A stretch of DNA of 63,976 nt, counting the filler, from Chrysochromulina tobinii (taxonomy: Eukaryota), in NCBI GenBank assembly GCA_001275005.1. It is 9 parts of 9 records of this genome, joined end to end, with 100 filler letters (N's around TTAATTAATTAA, not from the genome) between each part and the next. Parts side by side here need not be neighbours in the genome. Positions count along the whole stretch, not along the records: positions 30,955 to 38,336 come from JWZX01000146.1; positions 38,437 to 52,789 come from JWZX01000147.1; 7 more parts are not named here. The stretch is one strand, 5' to 3'. Positions 37,402-48,000 of this stretch are shown one piece after another (within the stretch, counting starts at the first letter, position 1; each line of letters opens with the position of its first letter). Position numbers and translations under genes: made by a program. Below the pieces are notes generated by a model, which was not told where the DNA came from, ran no database searches, and saw only the letters and a list, made by a program, of their open reading frames with translations.

Positions 37402-38336
37402 TTAATCCCACGCCATTACCCACCCTCCGCCGTCATTCTTCCAGTAGGCCACGCCAGTCTCGTCGCAATCACTCAAGGCAAGACCATGCTCAGGCATCAG
37501 CCAGCTCACCATGCGCATGTAGGCCATGTAGTTCTCTCTAGGTGGCAGCGTCGGCAGGTCCGATCTCCAGTTGACGGCCACCAAGCGGCCAAGATGATCG
37601 ACTGCGGCGCCGCCGCTGCCTCCGTTGTGCAGCACGACCGATGCATGCAACAGCCCGTGGCTCTTGGCCGCCAAGGTGAGCGCTTGGGGCGCGAAGAGCG
37701 TGACTTCCCCCGCGGGTGAGAACCATCCGAAGACGGTGATCAGGTCTGCATTGACCTGGAGCGCGTCGGGATCTCCGAGCTGGAGCCCGCAAGGGAGCGG
37801 CGAGCTCGCCCCAGCGAGGCTGGCCATCGCTGGATACTTCGCGACGACCGAGTAGTCCATCCTGAAGCCTTGGAAGACGTCAGGCGTGAGCTCGAGGCGG
37901 CCGCAGATGCGAAGCACGGCCAGATCAAGCATTTGAATCATGCTGAGGGGTGCATGGGGACTCTGCGACTTTTCCTGCAGCGTGGCGAGGGGGGTGACGA
38001 GCTCGGCCCACCACATCCATCGTGAGGGCTGATCATCCGCTTCCCACATCCCAATCGCCAGGATCAGCGGCGCCGCATCGGACGTCCAGTCGATGGCTGC
38101 GGGATATCCGAACTTGGTCCAGATCGGTTCGAGGTAGTGCGGGTTACCCTGTGTAAAGTCGTGTGTCAAGTCCTGTGTACAGGCGACTGGATCGACGAAG
38201 AGGTGGGCCACGGTGAGCACCTGGTTCCGAGGCGCACCCGCACCGGCGTCGATGATGGTGCCGGATCCGAGCTCGAGGAGCCGGCACGTGGCGCGGTCGA
38301 GGAGGCCAATGCGCACGCTCGCCCGCTTCACCCCCT
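37402..38336 (-). CDS. Trypsin-like serine peptidase domain, 5'-partial
   Basis: LGSGTII, catalytic triad motifs LTVAH, DLAVLRI, HNGGSGG, then GRLVAV. Confidence 0.8.
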
Positions 38337-38436
38337 NNNNNNNNNNNNNNNNNNNNNNNNNNNNNNNNNNNNNNNNNNNNTTAATTAATTAANNNNNNNN
38401 NNNNNNNNNNNNNNNNNNNNNNNNNNNNNNNNNNNN

Positions 38437-38949
38437 CGCCGGCTTGATGACGAAGCGCGCCGCGTCGTAGAGGGTGACGGTGCCGGGTGTCCTTTGCTTG
38501 CCACTCTTGTCGGCCCACCCCTCGGGCTTGCATCGCCGACAAATGTGCGAGCACACGCGCTGCAGCTGTGCGCCAGTGATGGCCCGTTTGGCAGTCTCCG
38601 CGATGGTGCAGCCGCCGCGCTGAGCACCGTGCAGGTCGGCAAAGTCCTCGGCGGCCGGCGGCCTGACGTGGACAAAGCTGCTCGCATAAAAACCTTTGCG
38701 CCACTCGTCGATTGTAATGCAGCCATCCGAGTCGAGGTCGAGCTCGCCCATCAGGGTTGCGAAAACCACGTCGTCGTAGCCTTGCTTTTGCAATGCGCTC
38801 TTCAACTCATCGCAAGAGATGGTCTGATCGCTGTCGACGTCGATCTCCTTGAAGATCCTCGTCGGGTCTTGCCACTGGAGCGTCTCCGGCGTGCGCACCT
38901 CGACCCCATCGTCAGGATTTGGCGCCACCTTCGTGACGGAGCCGCCCAT
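38437..38949 (-). CDS. EF-hand pair protein, 3'-partial; possible N-myristoylation
   Basis: DVDSDQTISCDEL and DLDSDGCITIDEW are canonical EF loops; starts MGGSVT. Confidence 0.85.
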
Positions 38950-39276
38950 CCTCGAGTGAAGGAAGGTCCTGTACACTGAACAGCACTGTGCTTGTTCCCA
39001 GTGAAATTAAGAAGCAGGGTTTCGTCAATGGATCTGCGTCGGACGTCGCCGACGTCACGGCCGACATTATGTTGTAATAACCCGTACCGGGGTCGTTCGA
39101 CATTCACAGGTTCTGACCATTTCTGCTTCTGTTCACACACGCTCACTTTCGACTTGGTTTGGGGTCGCCAGATTCACCCGAGGAACTGTGCTTCACATGA
39201 AACGGGGAGCGTTGCACATCGCGCGTGAACCCGTGAAGATCTCATCTGAGTTCCTTTGGCTAATATTTCTACATTT

Positions 39277-42080
39277 TCAGAAGTTGGCGTCGCAGAGCGC
39301 TTCGAGCCAAGGCGCGCTCTCGCCATGACGGATGCCTCGCACCTCGCGCAGCAGCCGTCGTATGAGCACATCCTCGTGCATTTGGAGCGCAAAGTACGCG
39401 GTCCAGCCGTGCCGATCGCCGGGGTGTGTGAAGAACTGGTCGGGTCGCATCGCCGGCGGCGCACCCTCTCCCAACCGAGGCCCACCGGCTCGGCGCACGA
39501 TTTCCTCAAACCACGCGTCGTCCTGAGCGCCACCCTCGCCCGCGTGGACGCTCGCGTTGCGCGCCGCGTCGTCGTGGCGGAGCGCGCCATGCTGGGCGCA
39601 TGCTGTTCGGAGCAGACGGATGTCGTCAGCGACCGTTGGATCCGTCGATGGCGCCGTGCTGGGCGCCCGGGGCGGCGCCTGCCCGGCCGCCTGCCCGGCC
39701 ACCTCGGACCGCCCAGCACGGCGCGTGTGCTTCGTGTGTGCATGCGGAGGCGAGGCCGCCGCACACAGCGCCGCCCGGACACGGTTGCAGCCGGCGGCAC
39801 GGCCGGTGCGCTGAAGGACGCTCGGAGAGCGCGGTCGCGCCGTGAAGACGTTTCCGGCGGCGTCGGTGGGCACCACCCCCGCCAGGGCGGCGCAGCCGGC
39901 GGTGGCACACGAGCGTGCGATGCAGCAGGCGACGCAGCTGCCGGCGCCGTGTCGGGCGCGCGGTGCGTCGAGTCGTCGGCGCCGTGTCGGGCGCGCGGTG
40001 AGCAAGGAGCTTCGTGAAGAAGCGTCGGATGATGGGAAGGGGAAGGCGCCTGCATGCAAGTGCTCACCACGGCGCCATGGCGATGGGAAGAGGTCAACGG
40101 CCGCCGGGCACGGTGCACCTGCTCGGCACGGCGCGCACCTGAAGGCGGGCTCGAAGGCGGCGCACGCGTCCGGGGTGGAGGTGGCGTTCTGGACGGGAAC
40201 CAGCGCAGAGCACAGGACCGGCTGCGCAACGCCCTCCCAATCAAACGCCCGGCGCAAGTCGGCTTCACGCTCGTCGTCGCGCCGTCGTGGGCGCAGCCGT
40301 ACAATCTGCGACACGCGCCCAAGCCGACCGGTCCACGTACCTGTGGGGAGCGCGCGCGCCGTGCTGAGCACTTGCATGCGCACGTGAGGGACTGTGACAC
40401 GCGCCCGAGCCGACCGGTCCACGTACCTGTGGGGAGAGCGAGCGCCGTGCTGAGCACTTGCATGCGCACGCGAGCACTGACACGTGCCCGAGCCGACCGA
40501 CCCGCTTACCTGGAACCGCTGCCCTCACCGCCGTGTCGACAAGCAGCACCTCCGGCGGCAGCATCAGGCCCGTGTCGACCAGCTGCACGTCAAACCGAGC
40601 AAAATGCGAGCGCATCAGGCAATGCGTAGGCATCGACCAGCCGTCCATATCGGGGAACTCTGCTCGGTAGCGCGCGTTGCAATTGCGTGGGCATGCCAGC
40701 CGGACCGGCGTCATCGCTCCGCCGCTCGCGCCGCCGCTTGTTGCGCCGCCGCTTGCTGCGCCGCCGCTTGCGCCGCCGCTTGCGCCGCCGCTTGTTGCGC
40801 CAGCCACGTTCGTCGGCGCCCGCATGGTCTTCAGAACCGGCCAGAGCGCGCGCGGCACGAGCAGCAGCACATCATCCTCACTCACGATCGTCTGCGGGCT
40901 GAGCCTCGCCGCCATTGTCGCCAATCGGCCCCCATCGGCGACCGGTACCTTGAAGACTTGATCGGTGCGCACCTAATGAGGGAGGCAATCATACTGATGA
41001 GCCAGGCAATCAGCCTTCGGCCACCGGTAACTTGGAGACTTGATCGGTGCGCACCTTGAGCATCGCGTCGTAAATGTACGGCGCGCCCTCATCCTCGTGC
41101 TCGGCCCGGCGCGCACCACCACGCTCGGCGCGGCGCGCCTCGTACTGCTCGATGAGCTCGACGCAATCTGCCCAACGGCCAAATTGGGCAGTCGAGGGCA
41201 GCCCGCAACTAATGGGCTCCGGCACCGTGCGCAGGCGCACTCCGAGAGGGCGCAGGCCGGTGAGCGCCGTGCCGAGCAGCTCCGCGTGCGCCGCGGGCGC
41301 CTCCCACGGCCCCGCCGCCTGCCGCTGCTTGGTGGATCGCCAGCTAAAAGACTCGCGCCATTGACTTGGTGGGAAGAGATCCGACGCATCTGTGTAGCGG
41401 TGCGAGCGCGCGGCGGCGCCGTAGGGCGAGTCCTCGGGCCCGGTCGAGAGCACGACGAAGGCGTCGAGGCCCGGCTCGGCGCGCGCGCCGTGGGTGCGCC
41501 CGAGCACATGCTGCTCGATACTCCTCCACACGGTCGGGTGCACGAGACTGCGCGGCATGCCCGCGATGCATACGGCGACGCGCGCTGCCCGAGCCGAGGT
41601 TGGCGCGGGCACGGGCGGCGGCGGTGGCCGTCGCTGATGGCGCTGCTGCACCTGGAGCCACGGGAAGTGCGACGCGTTGCCGATGCGCGGCCGAGGCTGC
41701 CGACGAAAGTGTGGCCGCTCGTGGCTGCCTCGGAGCGGCTCCGGCATCAGGCAGTGCTCTGCGCACGGCGGCGCGAGCAACACGCCGGCCACGCAACCGC
41801 TAGCTGGGTGGGCTCGATGCAGTGGCAGGTGCATCTTCATGCAGCATCGCGACGCGATGGGCGGCGACGCCACGGGCAAATACGGCGCGTTGCACACGGC
41901 CGTCACATACGTCCACGCGAGGCAGCCGAGCGTGGCTGCGCAGAGCTCGCAGCACTCGTCTGCGGTCGACACGGGCTCACACGGGCCAAGTTGCGCGGTT
42001 GGCCGTAGCCAGCTGCCGTCGGGATCGCGCGCCGTCGGCGTCAACCACGAGGCGTTGGATGTGTGCGAACAGGCCTCCAT
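39277..42080 (-). CDS. PAN/apple-like domain + putative glycosyltransferase-like domain + Cys-rich C-terminus
   Basis: Exons 42080-41055, 40972-40510, 40340-39277. TADECCELCAATLGCLAWTY..CCMK (PAN); RVAVCIAG.PR, DAFVVL, QF..W..C, YDAMLKVRTD (GT-like). Confidence 0.65.
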
Positions 42081-45000
42081 GGCATGAAATACATGTTCTC
42101 TTCTGTACGGCCGTTCATGTGTGAACGTTAACACGACACACGTGTAAACCTCAACCTGAAAAACTTTGGATCTAATTTCTTACTGCACATATATCTATGC
42201 ATCTAAGGGATAACCCTGTAGCTCCCTGTATGAATGCACATCATGATGTTGAGCACAGAGGGCTTCTGCAGCTGGAGGTAAAAACTATAGCGGTGGTCGG
42301 CAGGGCGCCGCGGCTCCTCGTGTGCCCTCCACTTCTAAGCCGCGCGCACTGAGATCTTCAGAAGCGCGGCGGCGGCGGCCCAGTCGCCGGCCTGGCCACG
42401 GCGGTGGCTCCCGGCCGAGGCGAGGCGTAACCGCCGTAACCACCCCCCGGGGGTGGTGTGTCCATGCCGCCCGGCGCTGGATACCACGGCGGCTGCGGCG
42501 GCTGCGGCGGCTGCGGCGGCGGCGGCGGCGGCGGCGCGTATCCATGCGAGGCGCGGCCGGCCGCGGAGGCAGAGGCAGTGCACGCGCGAGGCGACTTGGG
42601 AGGGGTGCCCGGGGCGGCGCCCGGGGCGGCGCCCGCCCGAGGCGGTGGCGGCCGTCGCTGCGGCGAGGCGAGAGCGACCTGCCGATCGGCGAGGAGGAGC
42701 GATGCGAGGTGCACGAATGAGGCAGGCAATCAGCATGCAATCAGAGATCATCAGAGCGACCTACCTGGAGTGACTCGAGCTCCTGCGCGAGCTGCCCCAC
42801 CTCATGGAGCGCCACCTCGCGCTGCGAGGTCACTCGCTCCGCCGCGAGCTGCTGCGAGCTCCGCTGCATCTCGGCGTGATCTCGCTCCTCCTTGAGCACC
42901 GCGTACGCCCTCCGGATCTCGGCGAGATCGCGCTTGGCGGCGACGAGCGCCGCCTTGGCGGCCTCCTCTCGCCGCCTCGCCTCGTCGGCTGCCTCCTTGG
43001 CCTGCGCGAGCGCCTGCCCCGCACCCTCCTTCTCCTGTCGTATTTGGGTCGCCTGCCGCTTTTCAGCCTTGAGTCGCTGTGCGGTCGCCTGGTGCGCAGC
43101 CGTCTGTTCCCTGAGCTCCTCGCGCACCTGATGAGGGAGGCGATCAGAGGCCATCAGAGGTGATAAGAGGCGATCAGAGGCGATAAGAGGGCATCAAAGG
43201 TCGAGAGCTTCACACGCACAGCCGCGAGCGCCTTGGCGAGCTTGCGCGACTCGCGATGCGATCCCATGAGCTCATCCGCCTCCGCCTCGGACACGTCCGC
43301 CGGCCGGCCGAGAGCGACGAGCGCCCACCGGTGCAACGCGCGCGCACACCTGTGGGGAGAGCGCGCCGTGGTGAGCACTTGCATGCATACGACGAGCGCC
43401 CGCAGGTGCGACGCGCGCGCGCACCGGTCGCGACGGATCAGAGGCAATCAGAGGCAATTAGAGGACAACTAGAGGCAATTAGAGGCCAATTAGAGGACAA
43501 TTAGATGACAATTAGAGGCAATCCGAGGCAATCAGAGCGCGCGCGCACCGGTCGCGACGGACGCCACAGCGGAGGAGATGTTCGAGACGGGCGGCGCCCG
43601 CAAGCCTTCGGGCCTGCTTGCCAGCGTCGGCATGGGCGAGCACCTGTGAGGGGTTCGTCAACGGCACTCAGAGAGAGGCACGCAATCAGAGAGAGGCATG
43701 CCGAAAGGCGAGCACCTCGCCGCGCTCGAGCGCCGTCTCGGTCATCTCGAGGGCCTTGCGCGCGTGCGCCTCGGCGGCATCCGCGCGCGCGCTCTCGGCG
43801 TCCTTGTCCGTCTTGAGCTTCTCCATCGCCGCGCGGTGCAGCCGCGCGCGCTCGAGCGCGGCTGCTTCCCGAGCGGCGGCGTCCTTGCGATCGGCCTTGA
43901 GCTCGGCGATCTCGCGGAGCAGCGTCGAGCGCTCCTGTGGGGAATGGAGGGGGGGGGCGCTGTGGTGAGCACCTGCATGCAAGGGCAGGGCTCGGCGATC
44001 TCGCGGAGCAGCGTCGAGCGCTCATCACAGCGCGCCGTTGGGGACGTCGCTGCTTCGCGTTGCCTCGAGCGCTCATCACAGCGCACCTTTTGTGACGTCG
44101 CCGCCTCGCGTTGCTTCGCCTTCTCGCGCTCGATGGCCGCCTCGGCGTCGGTCTTGCCCGCCTTGAGCGCCTCGCGCGCCTCGCGCAGGCTGCGTGCCAA
44201 TCCGAGGCAATTAGAGGCAATTAGAGGCAATTAATAGAGGCCATCATCAGAGGCCATCATCAGAGGCCATCATCAGAGGCCATCATCAGAGGCCATCATC
44301 AGAGGCCATCATCAGAGGCCATCAGAGGCCATCAGAGGCCTTCAGAGGCCTTCAGAGGCCTTCAGAGGCACTTGGAGGCACTCACCTGCGTGCCAATCCG
44401 TCGCGCTCGGCCTGCAGCGTCGCCACCGTCTTGCGCAGCGACCCCTCCTCGAGCGTGCCCGACACGGCGCGCTGCGCCTCGGCCTGGGACGTGGCGAGGG
44501 AGGCCGCGAGGGCCGTGCGCTCCTCGCGAAGCGTCGCGAGGCCCTTCTTGAGCGCCTTCTCGCGCTCGGTCGCCGCGTCGCGCTCGTACCGGAGACGTTT
44601 CGATTCCTCGAGCAGCTCCTGCATGCAATGAGGGAGGCCATCAGAGGCGCACTCAGAGGGGCGCGCGCTCAGGCGCACTCAGGCGCACTCAGGCGCGCTC
44701 AGGCGCCTTCAGGCGCGCTCAGGCGCGCTCAGGCGCCTTCAGGCCCTCCATGAGTCGATCGAGACGGAATCGAGATCGAATCGAGATCGAATCGAGATCG
44801 AATCCGAGGGTTTCGTCGCGCACCTTGGCACCGAGCAGCCGGGCGGTTTCGCGCCACGCCCAGAGCACACGGAGGCACGAGCCGCCCCCAAATGGAGAGA
44901 GCCACACGACGCGCTGGAGCTCGAGCAGCCGTGCGGTGCGACGCCCGGCGGCCTCGACGGTCGTGGCCTTTAAGCCGCCGGCGCCGGCGCCGCCACCGTT

Positions 45001-48000
45001 TGCCATCGCGGCGGCAAAGGCGCTGTTGGCGGCGGCGAAGGCGGTGGCGCCCCCGGGCTGAGCGCCGTACTGAGCGCTCACGGCACTCGCGCTCGAGAGC
45101 GTCGTGCTGAGCGCTTGGCGTTCGGGCACCGGCTGCAGCGCGAGCGCCGTGCCGAGCGCGTGGTTCGGCGGCGGCGGCAGCGACGCGCGCGTCGACGGCG
45201 GCGCACGCGGCGGCGGCGAGAGCGAGGGCGAGGTGACGGGCGGCTTGTCGCGCTCGTCGCGGCGCTCCTGTGCCGTGTGGAGGGTGTGGAGGGTGTGGAG
45301 GGTCCGTCGGAAGGGGCAATTGGGCTCCGGCGCTGTGGTGAGCACTCGCATGCAAGGGAAGGTCATCAGTGGCAATCAACGTACCTGGAGGGTGCGTCGG
45401 AAAGGGAAGTTGGGCTCGGGCCCACTCGAGGCGTAATAGACCCATCGACGGAGCGCCTCCCCCGCCACACAGAGCCAGGAGGCGGTGAGGCACGCGTCCA
45501 ACCGGCGCGCCGCCGCGAGCAGCTCCGACTTGCTCAGTTGCTCCTCTAGAGAGGGTACCTCGGCAAGCACCTGATGACGAGGGAGGCCATCGAGGGTGTG
45601 AATTGAGGCCATCATCAGAGGCCATCATCAGAGGCCGATTCAGATACCATCTCCCGAGAGCGCATCTCCCGAGATCGCACTTCCCTGGCCCTCAGCTTAA
45701 GGGAGATCGAGGGCACTCAAGGGAGATCGAAGGAGATCGAAGGAGATAGAGGGAGATCATGGGAGATCAGGGGAGATCGCACCTCCTTGGCATCCCTCAG
45801 CTCGCGCCGTGCCGCGAGCGCCTCCGCCGCCTTGGCCTTCGCGTCCTCCCGAGCGCCCTCCGCCTCCCGCGCCGCCCCCTCGAGCTGCTCGCGGAGTGCG
45901 GCTTCGCGTGCTGCCGCGGCCGCGCGCGTCGCTTCGTGTGCACGATCTCGCTCGAGCTCCTGCGCGGCGCTCGCGGCCTGAGGGCGCTGTGGTGAGCACT
46001 CGCATGCAAGGGCAGGTCATCAGTGGCCATCAACGTACCTGGAGGGTGCGCAGTCGCTCGTGCTCCGCCGCCGCCGCCTCCTCGAGCTCCGCCCGCAAAG
46101 CCGCACGCGCCTCCGCCGCCGTTGCCGCCTCCGCCGCCGCCGCGGACCAACGGTCGCGCATCTCGTCCACCTCGCGCTCGACCGCGCTCAACTCGGCGCT
46201 CAGCGCCGCGCGGACGGCGTCGGCGTCGGCGAGCGCCGAGTTGAGCGCGAGGTTGCCGAGATGGCGCTGCTCGTCGCGCTGGCGGAGCGCCGTACCGAGC
46301 GCCGACTGGAGCCGCTGCGCCTCCATTTGCGTGGCGCCGAGCTGTCGCTGCACCTCCCTCTGCATCGCCTGCAGCGCCGCGTGCTGCTCGAGCTGCTTCT
46401 GAGAGCCCTCCACGAGCGTCATCGAATCGAGCAGCTGGGCTCGCAGCTCCACCTGCAGCCCATCTGCGTGGATCCGAGCCTGCGCCACCTCCACCTCCAC
46501 CTCGCCGAGCGCCGTGCTGAGCACGCGCTGCGACGCCTCGAACGCGCGCACGTGCGCGCTCATCTCGGCGACCAGCTGGGCGCGCGCCGTCTCGGTGCGC
46601 TCCCGTTGGGCGCGCGCCTCGAAGGTGAGCGCCTCCATCGCCTCGTCCGCCGCCGCGCGCGCCGCCTGCGCCGTCTCGAGTGCGCGCGCGCCCGCCTGGA
46701 GTTGATGGCGGAGGTGGCCGAGCTCACCACGGCGCGGCAGCTCGGGGTGATTCTCGAGCCGCTCGAGCGACCTGTGGGGAGGTGAGGGCGCCGTGGTGAG
46801 CACTTGCATGCAGGTAGCTCGGGATGATTCTCGAGCCGCTCGAGCGACCTCCACGCGCGCTTTGCCGTTACGAGCCATCCCTGGCTCGTCATTTGGGTCG
46901 TCGTTTGGTCATGGCCGATTGGTGTGGCCTTGGGCCGCGGCCGATCAGCCGCCGCCGCTGCGCCCGCCGCAGCGCCGAAGCCACCTATCTTTGCGGCGGC
47001 GGGCGGGGCGGCGGGCGGGGCGGCGGGCGGGGCGGGGCCGTCTGCGCTGCTTCTCGCGCTTGCCGCGGGGGTGGGCGTCGTCTTGGGCACCAGGCGTTCC
47101 TCGAGGGCCGCGAGGCCCTCCGCGAGGTCGTCGAGCGCCGAGGCGGCCGCGTACCTAATGAGGAAGGCAATCATCCTAATGAGGGAGGCAATCATGATAA
47201 TGAGGGGGGCCATCGTCCTAATGAGGGGGGCATCCATCCTAATGAGGGAGGCACTCCTCCTAATGAATGCCTCACTCCTCCTAATGAATGCCTCACTCAT
47301 CCTAATGAGTGCGCCACTCAATCCTCCGCGAGGTCATCGAGCGCCGAGCCGGGCGCGTACCCGTCTTCGAGGCGCAGCGCCGCCGCGAGCTCGAGAGCAG
47401 CCGCATGTCGACGCACCTGTGGGGAGGCGATGGCGCCGTAGTGAGCACATGCGTGCTTGGAGAGGGCAGCCGCATGTCGACGCACCGCATGCCCCTGCTC
47501 GGCCGCCGCCTCCTTGGCCACCGCCAGATCGCCCTCGAGCTGCGATCTCGCGGTCTCGAGCTGCGATCTCGAGGCCGCCAGATCGCCCTCGAGCTGCGCC
47601 GCGCGCGCGCGTGCCTCTTCGACCTCGGCGGAGAGCGTGTCGATCGTCTGGTCCGCCACCAACAACGACTCCGCCACCTGATGAGGAAGGCAATCAGAGG
47701 TCATCAGAGAGGTCATCAGAGGTCATCAGAGGTCATCAACAACGACTCCGCCACCTCGGCCGCATCAGTCTCGGTCTTGAGACGCAGCTGCTCTTCGGCC
47801 GCACAGGCGGCCGCCTTGGCCGCCGCGACCTCCTTGGCAACACGCAGCCGCTCACGTAGCGCCGCCCCTTGCGTCTCCTCGGCCCCGATGGCAATCTGCA
47901 CCGGCGCGCGAGAGGGGAGGTGAGCAGCAGTCCAGATCACTCAGCGGTCACTCCGAGGTCACTCCGAGGTCACTCCGAGGTCACTCCGAGGTCACTCCCA

